From an uncultured Desulfobacteraceae bacterium (GTDB lineage: Bacteria > Desulfobacterota > Desulfobacteria > Desulfobacterales > JAABSP01): a stretch of DNA of 57,079 nt. Each line of letters opens with the position of its first letter. The stretch's first letter is position 1. Shown one piece after another: positions 1-9,900 of the stretch. The DNA is taken from contig CAZZBE010000004.1 in the NCBI GenBank assembly GCA_964652715.1, positions 1 through 57,079 of the forward strand, in the 5' to 3' direction. The notes beneath the pieces were generated by a model, which worked only from the letters and a program-made list of their open reading frames with translations, did no database searches and was not told the DNA's origin. The translations under genes were made by a program, and so were the position numbers.

Positions 1-41
1 CGGCGGCGAATGGCGGGTCAAACCCTAAAGGCAAAAGATTT

Positions 42-66
42 GGGGCGAAAGATTTTTCGCCCCTAC
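42..66. repeat. REP-like palindrome GGGGCGAAA-N4-TTTCGCCCC(TAC); probable terminator of the minus-strand Cys-rich ORF
   Basis: Perfect 9-bp stem 42-50/55-63 with a 4-nt loop. The same arms plus the TAC tail recur at 19904-19931, with a partial copy at 19936-19956. Confidence 0.55.
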
Positions 67-263
67 TGGTTGCCGTATCCGTTCCACTGGCCGCAGTCCG
101 GGCATTTCCAGGTGATGCCGTTGCAGGACATGCCCCAGAAATTTTCCAGCATGCATGCCTGGCACATGGCGAACCCGCAGCGGCAGCGCCAGCAGAACGG
201 GAGGACGGCGTTGCAGCAGTGGCAGACGGTCTCCTTTTGTCGGCGGTTTCTGACGCGGCTCAT
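63..263 (-). CDS. small cysteine-rich protein (66 aa, 11 Cys), family not recognised
   Basis: Cys are arranged in CxxC-like pairs (CHCC, CWRCRC, CQAC, CPDC). Third codon positions are G/C-rich like neighbouring genes. The hairpin at 42-63 lies at its 3' end. It is divergent from polA. Confidence 0.45.
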   Translation of the reverse strand: MSRVRNRRQKETVCHCCNAVLPFCWRCRCGFAMCQACMLENFWGMSCNGITWKCPDCGQWNGYGNQ

Positions 264-414
264 GTAATGCGGGCTCCTGCTTGTGGTTTCGGGTGAACAA
301 TGATAGTCTTTTTCGGCAATCGCCGATCCGGAATCGGGTGATACCGGTTTCCGGCGGATTTGTCAACGCCGCCGCGGCGGAACGCCAACATCTCAAGGTG
401 CGGACGATAAGGAA

Positions 415-3120
415 ATGACAGACGGCAAAACAGAGCGACCCACGGTCTTTCTCATCGACGGAACCGCCTATATCCATCGGGCCTACCACGCCATCCGCGG
501 CCTGACCAATTCAGAGGGGCTGCCCACCAATGCGGTCTTCGGCTTCACCCGGATGCTCATGAAGCTCATCGAGGAGAAAAAGCCCGAATACGCCGCCGTT
601 TTTTTCGACGCCAAAGGCCCCACGTTCCGGCACGAGATCTACGAGGCGTACAAGGCCAACCGCCCTCCCATGCCCAGGGACATGGCCGAGCAGATCCCCT
701 ACATCCACCGGGTGGTGGCGGGGTTTCGGCTGCCGTTGATCCAGAAAACGGGGTTTGAAGCGGACGATCTCATCGGCACTTTGTCCGAGCGGGCACTGGC
801 CGACGGGTTCGCCGTGGTCATGGTCACCGGCGACAAGGATTTCGTCCAGTTGGTGCGGGAGGACGCCAGCCTGTGGGATCCCATGAAGGACAAAAGCACG
901 GACATCGGCACGGTCCGGGAAAGCTTCGGCATCGCGCCGGAACGCATGGCCGACGTGCTGGGCCTTGCGGGCGACGCGTCGGACAACATCCCGGGCGTGC
1001 CCGGCATCGGTCAGAAGACGGCCGTGACGTTGATCCGGCAATTCGGTTCCATGGAGGGGATCTACGAAAACATCGACGCCATCACCAAAAAAAAGCAGAA
1101 GGAGAACCTGATCGCCTACCGGGACCAGGCCTTCCTGAGCCGCCGGCTGGCCACCATCGAGACCCATGTGGAACTGCCGCCCGAGGAAAGCCGTCCCGAG
1201 ACGTTCCGGGTCGCGGCGCCGGACAAGGAGAAGCTCTTCGGGTTGTTCAAGACCCTGGAGTTCAGCCAGCTCCAGCGGGAATTTCCCGGCGAGGCTCCGC
1301 CGCCGGCCGAGACCGATTACCGGGCGGTGTTGACCATGGCGGACCTGGAAGCGCTCGTTTCCACGCTGCGGTCCGCCGGATGCTTCGCCGTGGATACCGA
1401 AACCACCTCGGAAAACCCCATGGAGGCCGAACTGGTGGGGCTCTCCTTCTCTTGCGAACCCCACAGGGCCTGGTACATCCCCTGCGGCCACCATTATATG
1501 GGCGTCCCCGAGCAGCTCCCCCGCGACACGGTTCTATCGACCCTGAAACCCATCCTCGAAGACCCCGGCCTCAAAAAAGTAGGGCAGAACATCAAATACG
1601 ACTGGGTCGTCCTGTCCCGTTGCGGAATAGAACTGGCGGGGGTCGATTTCGACACCATGGTGGCCTCCTATCTGGTCAATCCGTCCAAGCGGAACCACAA
1701 CCTGGATCAGATCGCCCTCGATTTCCTCAACCATAAGACCACCACCTTCACAGAGGTGACGGGCGGCGGCGGCAAAAAAGGGATCTTGTTCAGCGAAGTG
1801 GACGTGGACAAGGCGACGGCCTACGCCTGCGAGGATGCCGACATCACCTTCCGGGCCTATGAAATCCTCAAGGAGCGGCTGGCGGAGATCGGCGTGGCCC
1901 GGCTCATGGAGACGGTGGAAATGCCGCTCGTCCCCGTCCTCATGAAGATGGAGCGACGGGGAATCTGCGTCGACCGGGACCGGTTGAAAACCCTGTCCCG
2001 GTCCTTCGAAGACGAGCTGGCGCGGCTCGAAGAGACCATCTGCGACATGGCCGGGGAGCGGTTCAACATCAAATCCTCCCAGCAACTGGGGGTAATCCTG
2101 TTCGAGCGGCTGGGACTCCCGGTTCAGAAAAAGACCAAGAAGAAGACCGGCTATTCCACCGACGTGGAGGTGCTCACCCTGCTGGCGGCCCGGCACGAGT
2201 TGCCGGCACTGGTCCTCCGCCACCGGACCCTCTCGAAGCTCAAATCCACCTATGCCGACGCCCTGCTGGAGATGTGCGACCGGGAAACGGGCCGAATCCA
2301 CACCTCCTTCAACCAGACCGTTACCGCCACGGGCCGATTGAGTTCTTCCGACCCCAACCTCCAGAACATCCCTATCCGGGATGAAGAGGGGCGTCAGATC
2401 CGCACCGCCTTCATCCCCCGGGAGGGATGGCGGCTGTTGGCCGCCGATTATTCCCAGATCGAACTCCGGATTTTGGCCCATTATTCCGAAGACCCGATCC
2501 TCATCGAATCATTTGAAAAAGAAGAGGACATCCACACCCGAACCGCCGCCGAGGTCTTCCAGGTCGCCCAGGAAGGGGTGACGCCGGAACTGCGGCGGCA
2601 GGCCAAGGCCATCAACTTCGGCATCATTTACGGCATGAGCGCCCATGGGCTGTCCCAACAACTGGGCATCAGCCGCCAGATGGCCGGGACCTACATCGAC
2701 CACTATTTCGACCGGTACAAAGGGGTCAAAAGGTTCATGGAAGGGGCCGTCGAAGACGCCCGGAAGACCCGCCGGACGAGCACCCTCCTGGGCCGCATCC
2801 GGCTGCTGCCCGAAATCGACAGCGCCAACCGGAACGTCCGCCAGTTCGCCGAGCGAATCGCCCTCAACACCCCCATCCAGGGCACCGCCGCCGACCTCCT
2901 GAAGCTGGCCATGATCCGGGTGGAGGACGCCGTCGCGGAAAAGGCGTTCCAATCCGCCATGCTCCTGACCGTCCACGACGAACTGATTTTCGAGTCGCCG
3001 CCCGGGGAACTGGATGATCTGGAAACCCTGGTGAAGGAGATCATGGAAGGGGTCTGGGACCTGCGGGTTCCGCTGAAGGTGAATGTGGGCGTGGGGGACA
3101 ACTGGACGGAGGCGCATTAA
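415..3120 (+). CDS. polA: DNA polymerase I
   Basis: 901 aa. It has an N-terminal 5'-3' exonuclease region (GDKDF, DNIPGVPGIG), a 3'-5' exonuclease (FAVDTETTS), and family-A polymerase motifs A (DYSQIELR), B (RRQAKAINFGIIYG) and C (VHDE). Confidence 0.97.
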   Translation: MTDGKTERPTVFLIDGTAYIHRAYHAIRGLTNSEGLPTNAVFGFTRMLMKLIEEKKPEYAAVFFDAKGPTFRHEIYEAYKANRPPMPRDMAEQIPYIHRVVAGFRLPLIQKTGFEADDLIGTLSERALADGFAVVMVTGDKDFVQLVREDASLWDPMKDKSTDIGTVRESFGIAPERMADVLGLAGDASDNIPGVPGIGQKTAVTLIRQFGSMEGIYENIDAITKKKQKENLIAYRDQAFLSRRLATIETHVELPPEESRPETFRVAAPDKEKLFGLFKTLEFSQLQREFPGEAPPPAETDYRAVLTMADLEALVSTLRSAGCFAVDTETTSENPMEAELVGLSFSCEPHRAWYIPCGHHYMGVPEQLPRDTVLSTLKPILEDPGLKKVGQNIKYDWVVLSRCGIELAGVDFDTMVASYLVNPSKRNHNLDQIALDFLNHKTTTFTEVTGGGGKKGILFSEVDVDKATAYACEDADITFRAYEILKERLAEIGVARLMETVEMPLVPVLMKMERRGICVDRDRLKTLSRSFEDELARLEETICDMAGERFNIKSSQQLGVILFERLGLPVQKKTKKKTGYSTDVEVLTLLAARHELPALVLRHRTLSKLKSTYADALLEMCDRETGRIHTSFNQTVTATGRLSSSDPNLQNIPIRDEEGRQIRTAFIPREGWRLLAADYSQIELRILAHYSEDPILIESFEKEEDIHTRTAAEVFQVAQEGVTPELRRQAKAINFGIIYGMSAHGLSQQLGISRQMAGTYIDHYFDRYKGVKRFMEGAVEDARKTRRTSTLLGRIRLLPEIDSANRNVRQFAERIALNTPIQGTAADLLKLAMIRVEDAVAEKAFQSAMLLTVHDELIFESPPGELDDLETLVKEIMEGVWDLRVPLKVNVGVGDNWTEAH

Positions 3121-3123
3121 TCG

Positions 3124-4440
3124 ATGAATGCCAGGAAACCTGAATCAAAGAACATGTGGCGGCTGCATGTCGAGAATTTTGGAAGAATTAAAAGAGCCGA
3201 TATCGACATCGCGCCCATGTTAATTTTTGTGGGACCTAACAATACCGGGAAAAGCTATCTAACGACGCTTTTATGGGGCCTGCTGGAGCTAAGAACCAGC
3301 ATCTTTCCATTAGAGCCGCCAAGCATACCCGATTATGTGCTTTGCAGGGATCTTTGGATTTCCCATTGCCAAAATAAAGAGGAATGGCTGTCGGAAGAGA
3401 TTGTCGAAGCCCTTATCCGATTCTACAATGTCGTTATTGATGAAAAGAAAGATGAAGTTTTAGAAAAAATTTTTACATTCAGTGGCATGAGAATTGGAAA
3501 AATTACTGTCAATTTAATCAGAAATGGACCCATTAAACGCGATATGCCCGCCGTATTGCCCGAGGAAAGTGCTACAGACTATGAGAATAAAATTTATCGC
3601 CAGCTTCGTCGGCTGATCAACATCTTGTTATTTGATGGTAGAAACAAACCACTTTATCTGCCCGCTTCTCGAACCGGCTTCATTATTTCCTACAAAGCGC
3701 TCACCAAAGAACTGATGGAGTCGTGGGGGCTGGAAAAGAGCGCAAAAAGCGATTTTCCTTTGCCTATTATTCGTTTTCTTCAAGCACTTATAGAGGTAGA
3801 CATACGAAAAGACAGGCAGTTGGATATTTCTTTCAATTCGGAATGCCACAGCATCGCACAATGCATGGAAAAAGAGATATTGGAGGGGGAAATTAGTCAG
3901 CATCCTGACCCGATACCGAGTTTTTATTATCAGGCTGAAAAAATCAACCATCCGTTACCTCTTCATGTAACTTCCTCTTTAGTGAGCGAGCTGTCCCCGC
4001 TGATTATTTTTCTGAAAGCTAAAACGGACATTGGTACACCGCTGATTTTCGAAGAACCGGAATCCCATTTGCATCTAAAAGCTCAACGAATACTGGCAAA
4101 ATATCTTGTCAAATTGATAAATCATGGAATGCCGATCTGGCTGACAACTCATAGCGACACCTTCTTTCAACAAGTCAACAATTTGATCGCTTCCAACGAA
4201 TATCGAAAAGGCAAACTTAAAGAACTCGGCTATTCAGAAGACGAGATGATCGCACCGGACGATATAAGGGCTTATCAGTTTAATGTCCAACATGAAACCG
4301 GAATGACGGAAGTCGTCCCGCTGAAACGAACGGAAGCTGGATTCGCCGCGCCTACCTTCAATTATGAGATTTTGAGTCTGTCAAAGGAAAGTATGGATCT
4401 GGAAAGCGATACGAAAAGGCCGACAGCCCCATGTCTCTAA
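3124..4440 (+). CDS. AAA_15/AAA_21-type (ABC/OLD-like) ATPase, stand-alone, no nuclease domain
   Basis: Walker A is GPNNTGKS, there is a Q-loop-like LPASRTG, Walker B/D-loop is LIFEEPESHLH and the H-loop is TTHSD. The gene is clearly AT-richer than both flanks. It starts 3 nt after the polA stop, and its TAA overlaps the next ATG. Confidence 0.85.
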   Translation: MNARKPESKNMWRLHVENFGRIKRADIDIAPMLIFVGPNNTGKSYLTTLLWGLLELRTSIFPLEPPSIPDYVLCRDLWISHCQNKEEWLSEEIVEALIRFYNVVIDEKKDEVLEKIFTFSGMRIGKITVNLIRNGPIKRDMPAVLPEESATDYENKIYRQLRRLINILLFDGRNKPLYLPASRTGFIISYKALTKELMESWGLEKSAKSDFPLPIIRFLQALIEVDIRKDRQLDISFNSECHSIAQCMEKEILEGEISQHPDPIPSFYYQAEKINHPLPLHVTSSLVSELSPLIIFLKAKTDIGTPLIFEEPESHLHLKAQRILAKYLVKLINHGMPIWLTTHSDTFFQQVNNLIASNEYRKGKLKELGYSEDEMIAPDDIRAYQFNVQHETGMTEVVPLKRTEAGFAAPTFNYEILSLSKESMDLESDTKRPTAPCL

Positions 4441-5369
4441 CATTATACTGGCTCCAGTGCGGCGGCTGCGGCGGCGACACATGGTCGTTGTTCAACGCCC
4501 GTATGCCCCATCTTTCCGAGCTGTTCGGGATGCTCGACATCGAGTTGCTGTGGCACCCGTCTGTTTCCGCCCTGTCGCTGAAGGAACAGGACCGGCTGCT
4601 GGCGGACCTGATTTCGGGCGAGCGGCCGCTTGACGTGCTCTGCATCGAAGGATCGGTCATCCGGGGGCCCGGCGGGACGGGGATGTACGACGAGGCCTAC
4701 GGCCGGCCCAAAAAGGATCTGGCGGCGGACCTGGCCAAAATGGCCCGGCATATCGTCGCCGTGGGCGCCTGCGCGAGCTTCGGCGGCATCGGCGCCGACG
4801 GGGAGATCGAGGCCACCGGGGTCCAGTACCACAAATGGGACAAAGGCGGATTTCTGGGCCCGGACTTCGAGACCCTGAGCGGAACCCCCGTCATCAACCT
4901 GCCCGGGTGCCCCTGCCACTGCGATGTGGTTACCGGCGTCCTCTCCCAACTGGCGGCGGGCGGCGTCATGGAGATGGGGGACTACGGCATGCCGCTGGAA
5001 TGGTACGGCATGATGGTCCATCAAGGGTGTACCCGCAACGAATACCACGAGTACCGGGTGGAGGAAAAACGATTCGGGGAAAAGGGGTGCATGTTTTTCT
5101 ACCTCGGCTGTCACGGACCGCTGGTCAAGGGGCCCTGCAACAAGATCCTCTGGAACGGCCGGTCTTCCAAGACCCGGGTGGGGGTCCCCTGTTTTGGCTG
5201 CACCCGTCCCGATTTTCCCCAGCAATATCCCTTTTTCAAGACCCGGAACATCGAGGGGATTCCCATCGACCTGCCCGACGGGGTGGGGCGGGCCCATTAT
5301 CTGGCCTACAAGGGCATGGCGGCGGCGGCCGCGCCCCAACGGCTCAAAAAACGAAAAACCGGGATCTAG
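4431..5369 (+). CDS. [NiFe]-hydrogenase small subunit, cytoplasmic (no Tat signal)
   Basis: The N-terminus is MSLTLYWLQCGGCGG. GACASFGG, GCPCHC and C-terminal Cys clusters for FeS ligation are present. No RRxFxK twin-arginine leader is present. Confidence 0.9.
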   Translation: MSLTLYWLQCGGCGGDTWSLFNARMPHLSELFGMLDIELLWHPSVSALSLKEQDRLLADLISGERPLDVLCIEGSVIRGPGGTGMYDEAYGRPKKDLAADLAKMARHIVAVGACASFGGIGADGEIEATGVQYHKWDKGGFLGPDFETLSGTPVINLPGCPCHCDVVTGVLSQLAAGGVMEMGDYGMPLEWYGMMVHQGCTRNEYHEYRVEEKRFGEKGCMFFYLGCHGPLVKGPCNKILWNGRSSKTRVGVPCFGCTRPDFPQQYPFFKTRNIEGIPIDLPDGVGRAHYLAYKGMAAAAAPQRLKKRKTGI

Positions 5370-5385
5370 GGCGAGGGTTCAGCGG

Positions 5386-6888
5386 ATGCCGCGGGACAAA
5401 AAACAGATCCGGATCTTTCCCTTCAACCGCGTCGAAGGGGACCTGAAGGTCCATCTCCGGATCGAGGACGGGGTCGTCCGGGACGCCTGGTGCGCGGGGT
5501 CCATGTACCGGGGGTTCGAGAACATCATGAAGGGTCGGGGGCCCCTGGACGGCCTGGTGATCACCCCCCGGATCTGCGGCATCTGCACCACGGCCCACCT
5601 GACGGCCGCGGCCCGGGCACTGGACATGGTCTGCGGGGTCCGCGTGCCGGGCAACGCCCTCCGGGTCCGGAATGTGGCGCTTTTGGCGGAGATGATCCAG
5701 AACGACGTCCGCCACGCGGTCCAGCTCTTCATGGCCGACTTCACCCGGCCCGGATATGAAGATCATCCCCTCCACGGAGAGGCCCGGCGGCGGTACGAAC
5801 CCATGAAGGGGGCCAGCGCCCTCCAGGCCGTGTCGGAGAGCCGGTCCCTGCTGGAGATCATCGCGATTCTCGGGGGCCAGTGGCCCCATTCCTCCTTCAT
5901 GGTCCCCGGCGGCGTGGTCTGTCTGCCCAGCGCCAACGACATCAGCCAGTGCCGGCATCTGGCCCGCCATTACCGGCGCTGGTACGAGGAACGGGTGCTG
6001 GGGTGTTCCCTGGAGCGGTGGTCCGGGGTGACCTCCCGGGCGGCGCTCAAGGAATGGCTGGCGGCGTCCGGGGACCACCGGAAGAGCGAGCTGGGGTTTT
6101 TTATCCGGTTCGCCCGGACCGCGGGGCTTCACAAAATCGGCGGCGGCCGCGGCCATTTCATCGGTTTCGGCGGACTGGTCATTCCCAAGGACAGCGAGGC
6201 GGCCGCCCCCGGCCGGGACGGGGAATTGTTCCCGCCGGGATTCTACCGGGACGGCGAGGCGGCTCCCATGGATCAGAAACGGATCACCGAGGCCATCGAC
6301 TGCTCCTGGTTCGCCGGCTACCGGGCGCCGCGCCACCCCTTCGAGGGGATGACCCGTCCCTATGCCGCGGGCAACGAAAACCGGCAGTACACCTGGGCCA
6401 AGGCGCCCCGGTACGACGGGCTGCCCGCCGAGACGGGCCCCCTGGCCCAGATGCTCCTGGCCGGCGATCCCCTGCTGACGGAACTGATCCGGGAAGAAGG
6501 CCCGTCGGTCTTCGCCCGGCAACTGGCCCGGATCGTCCGGTCGTCCCGGACCCTCCCGGCCCTGGAGACGTGGCTCCGGGAGCTGAGTCGGCGCCAGGGG
6601 TTGTTCTACAACGACGCCCCGCCATTGGAGCAGGGGAGAGGCTTCGGTCTGGTGGAGGCCCCCCGCGGCGCCCTGGGCCACTGGGTCGTCATCGACAACG
6701 GGGCGATCCAGTCCTATCAGGTCATTACGCCCACCACCTGGAACGCGTCCCCCCGGGACCGCCAGGGGGCCCGGGGCCCCATGGAGGAAGCCCTGGTCGG
6801 GACCCCGGTCCGGGACCCGGACGATCCCCTGGAGGCCGAACTCGTGGTCCGATCCTTCGATCCCTGTCTGGTATGCACGGTCCATTAG
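5386..6888 (+). CDS. [NiFe]-hydrogenase large subunit, sensory-type (no C-terminal extension)
   Basis: The N-terminal Ni-binding motif is RICGICTTAH. The C-terminal motif DPCLVCTVH forms the last residues before the stop. I chose the ATG at 5386 (MPRDKKQIRIFPFNRVEGDL), because the track start at 5194 lies out of frame inside the small-subunit gene. Confidence 0.9.
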   Translation: MPRDKKQIRIFPFNRVEGDLKVHLRIEDGVVRDAWCAGSMYRGFENIMKGRGPLDGLVITPRICGICTTAHLTAAARALDMVCGVRVPGNALRVRNVALLAEMIQNDVRHAVQLFMADFTRPGYEDHPLHGEARRRYEPMKGASALQAVSESRSLLEIIAILGGQWPHSSFMVPGGVVCLPSANDISQCRHLARHYRRWYEERVLGCSLERWSGVTSRAALKEWLAASGDHRKSELGFFIRFARTAGLHKIGGGRGHFIGFGGLVIPKDSEAAAPGRDGELFPPGFYRDGEAAPMDQKRITEAIDCSWFAGYRAPRHPFEGMTRPYAAGNENRQYTWAKAPRYDGLPAETGPLAQMLLAGDPLLTELIREEGPSVFARQLARIVRSSRTLPALETWLRELSRRQGLFYNDAPPLEQGRGFGLVEAPRGALGHWVVIDNGAIQSYQVITPTTWNASPRDRQGARGPMEEALVGTPVRDPDDPLEAELVVRSFDPCLVCTVH

Positions 6889-6929
6889 ACCGCATATCTT
6901 CCCGGCCGGACCCCCGAAGCATCGGGGGA

Positions 6930-9900
6930 ATGGACCCCGACGCCGCGGCGGCGCTGACGGCGGAAAACCGGCTGCTGCGGGAGGAGATCCGGGTGGCCCG
7001 GGACGCCGCCGAAATCACCGCCGCCCTGGTGGTCCGGCAGTTCGAAGAGACCGAGAAGATTCTCCACCGGTTTCAATCGGCCAATGCCCAGCGGAAGGCC
7101 GTCCTCAATTCCGCAGCCCAGATCTCCATCATCGCCGCCGACGGGGACGGGGTCATCTCCGTTTTCAACACCGGCGCCGAGAACCTGCTGGGCTACCGGG
7201 CCAACGAGGTCATCGGACGCCAGACCCCCGAGATCTTCCACGCGGAATCGGAGCTGACCCGGCGGGGCAAGATCCTCGGCGTTCCGGCCTACGCGCTGCT
7301 CCAGGAATACGCCGTCCGGGACATGTCCGAGGGGTCGGAGTGGACCTACGTGCGGCGGGACGGCGGCCGTTTCCCCGTCAACATGACCATCAACGCGTTG
7401 CGGGACCCGGAGGGGATGGTGAGCGGGTACCTGTGCATCGCCATGGACATCACGGAGCGGAAGCAGGCCGAGGAGGGACTGCGGCAGGCCCACGACCAGC
7501 TCGAACGCCGGGTCCTGGAGCGGACCCGGGAATTGGCCGAGGCCAACGAAGACCTGCAAAGCGAAATCCGGGAGCGGAAGGGGATCGAACGGAGCCTTCG
7601 GGAGAGCCAGGCCGAAATGGCCGGGATCATGGACTCCATCACCGACCGGATGAGCATGCTCGACGAGACCCTGACCATCGTCTGGGCCAACGACATCGCC
7701 AAGCGGTTGTTCGGCCAGGACATGATCGGCAAAAAATGCCACGAGGTCTACCGTCGGCGGTCCGACGCCTGCGAGAACTGCGTCGCCCTGCGGACCTTCG
7801 CGGACGGGAAGATCCATGAGCACGAAACCGACGCCGTTTCGGTGGACGGCGAACGGCTGATCTTCTGGTGCACCACCAGCGTGACCGCCTGGCATCCGGA
7901 CGGCCGCCCGAGGCTGGTGGTGGAAAACGCCCGGGACATCACCGCCCGGAAAAAGGCCGAGGAGGCCCTGCGCGCCTCCGAGGAGAACTACCGGTCCATC
8001 TTCGAGAACGCCACCGAGGGGATCTTCCAGACGACCCCCGACGGCCGGATCCTCGCCGTCAACCCCGCCTTTGTCCGGATCGTGGGATACGACTCCGAGG
8101 AGGAGCTGCTCGGAAGCGTCACCGACCTGAGAGAGCAGCTCTACGTCAACCCCGAAAAGCGGGACGAATTCAAACGGCTCATGACCCGGCAGGGGGCGGC
8201 GACCAATTTCGAAACCCGGTTCCATCGCAAGGACGGCGACATCATCCACATCTCCGTCAACGCCCACGCCGTCCGGGACAAGAACGGGGAGATCGTCTAT
8301 TACGAGGGGATCCTCGAGGACATCACCCAGCGGAAGCGGGCCGAAGACCTCAAGATCGCCAAGGACGCCGCCGAAGCCGCCACCCGGGCCAAGAGCGATT
8401 TTCTGGCCAACATGAGCCACGAGATTCGCACGCCCCTCAACGCCATCATCGGCCTGACGGACCTGAGCCTCCGGACCGATCTGTCCGGCAAGCAGCGGGA
8501 CTACCTCCGAAAGATCAGCACCTCCGGCCGCACCCTGCTGGAGATCATCAACGACATCCTCGATTTCTCCAAGATCGAGGCCGGCCGGATGGAACTGGAA
8601 CGCACCGAGTTCAACCTCCAGGACAAGCTGGAAAACCTGGCGGACATGCTGTCGGGCAAGGCCGGCGAAAAAGGCATCGAACTCGTGGCGTCGGCGGACG
8701 AGGATGTGCCCCGAACCCTCATCGGCGACCCGCTGCGGCTGGGCCAGGTGCTGACCAACCTGACCAACAACGCCGTCAAGTTCACGGACAGCGGCGACGT
8801 GACCGTCCGCGTCTCGCTCTTGCAGAAAGACGCCGACCGGGTGCGCCTCCGGTTCACGATCCAGGACAGCGGCATCGGGATCGATCGGGAGGTGATCCGG
8901 AACCTCTTCACCCCCTTTACCCAGGCCGACGGGTCCACCACCCGGAAATACGGCGGCACCGGCCTGGGACTGGCCATCTCCAAACGTCTGGTGGAGATGA
9001 TGCACGGCGAAATCCGGGCCATGAGCGAGCCCGGCGGGGGGGCCACCTTCCACTTCACGGCCCGTTTCGATCTGCCGGAACAGCGGCCGGAGAAAAAGCC
9101 CGAAGCGCCCCGACACCTCAGCGGCAAGGAGATCCTGGTGGTGGACGACAACGACGCCGCCCGGGAAATCATCCGGCAGACCCTTTGCTCCTTCGGATTC
9201 CGGGCCGAGGGGGTCGAATCCGGGTCGGCCGCCATTGAAATCCTCAAGGGGAGGGGAGGGGAGGGCGGTTTCGATCTCCTCATCGTCGATTGGATGATGC
9301 CCGAAATGGACGGCATCGACACGCTGAAGCGGATCCGCGGGGATCCCGAACTCCCGACGCCGCCGGTTCTCATGATGACGGCCTTCGGCCGGGAGGAGGT
9401 GATGCAGCAGGCGGAGAACCTGGGGGTGGCCGGCTTCCTGATCAAACCCATCAAGATGTCGGTGCTGTTCGACACTCTCATGGGGGTCTTCGGCGCCAAT
9501 AGCGACGGGCCGGCCGCCGACGCCGGCGAGGCGGCGGATATGCCGGTCCGGGGCCGCCTCCGCGGGGCGAAGGTGCTGGTGGTGGAGGACAACCGCATCA
9601 ACCGGCAGGTGGCCACCGAACTCCTGACGAGCGCCGGGTTGCGGGTGGAGACCGCCGAAAACGGCAAAGCCGCGCTGGCGGCCGTTCAGAAAGGCGATTA
9701 CGATGCCGTGCTGATGGACATCCAGATGCCGGAAATGGACGGTTACGAGGCCACCCGCGTTCTGCGCCGGGATTTCGGACGCCGCGATCTGCCCATCATC
9801 GCCATGACCGCCCACGCCCTCAAGGGGGACCGGGAAAAATGCCTGGCCGCCGGCATGAACGACTACGTCGCCAAACCCATCGACAGAGAGGAACTGCTGA

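Noticed and set aside
25-489. 154-aa minus-strand ORF spanning the polA start region.
   Set aside because: It overlaps the polA start and the Cys-rich ORF in another frame, and has low-complexity Arg/Pro composition with no motifs.
6885-9815. 976-aa minus-strand ORF. Similar very long antisense ORFs are 511-1494, 15072-17048, 21032-22774, 27104-29404, 31761-33710, 34023-36152, 36369-38597, 41558-42946, 45711-47513 and 51394-53391.
   Set aside because: Each lies exactly opposite a gene with strong, recognisable motifs. Their translations are low-complexity Arg/Gly/Pro/His/Asp-rich, as expected from stop-codon-poor antisense frames of GC-rich genes. I recognised no family signatures.
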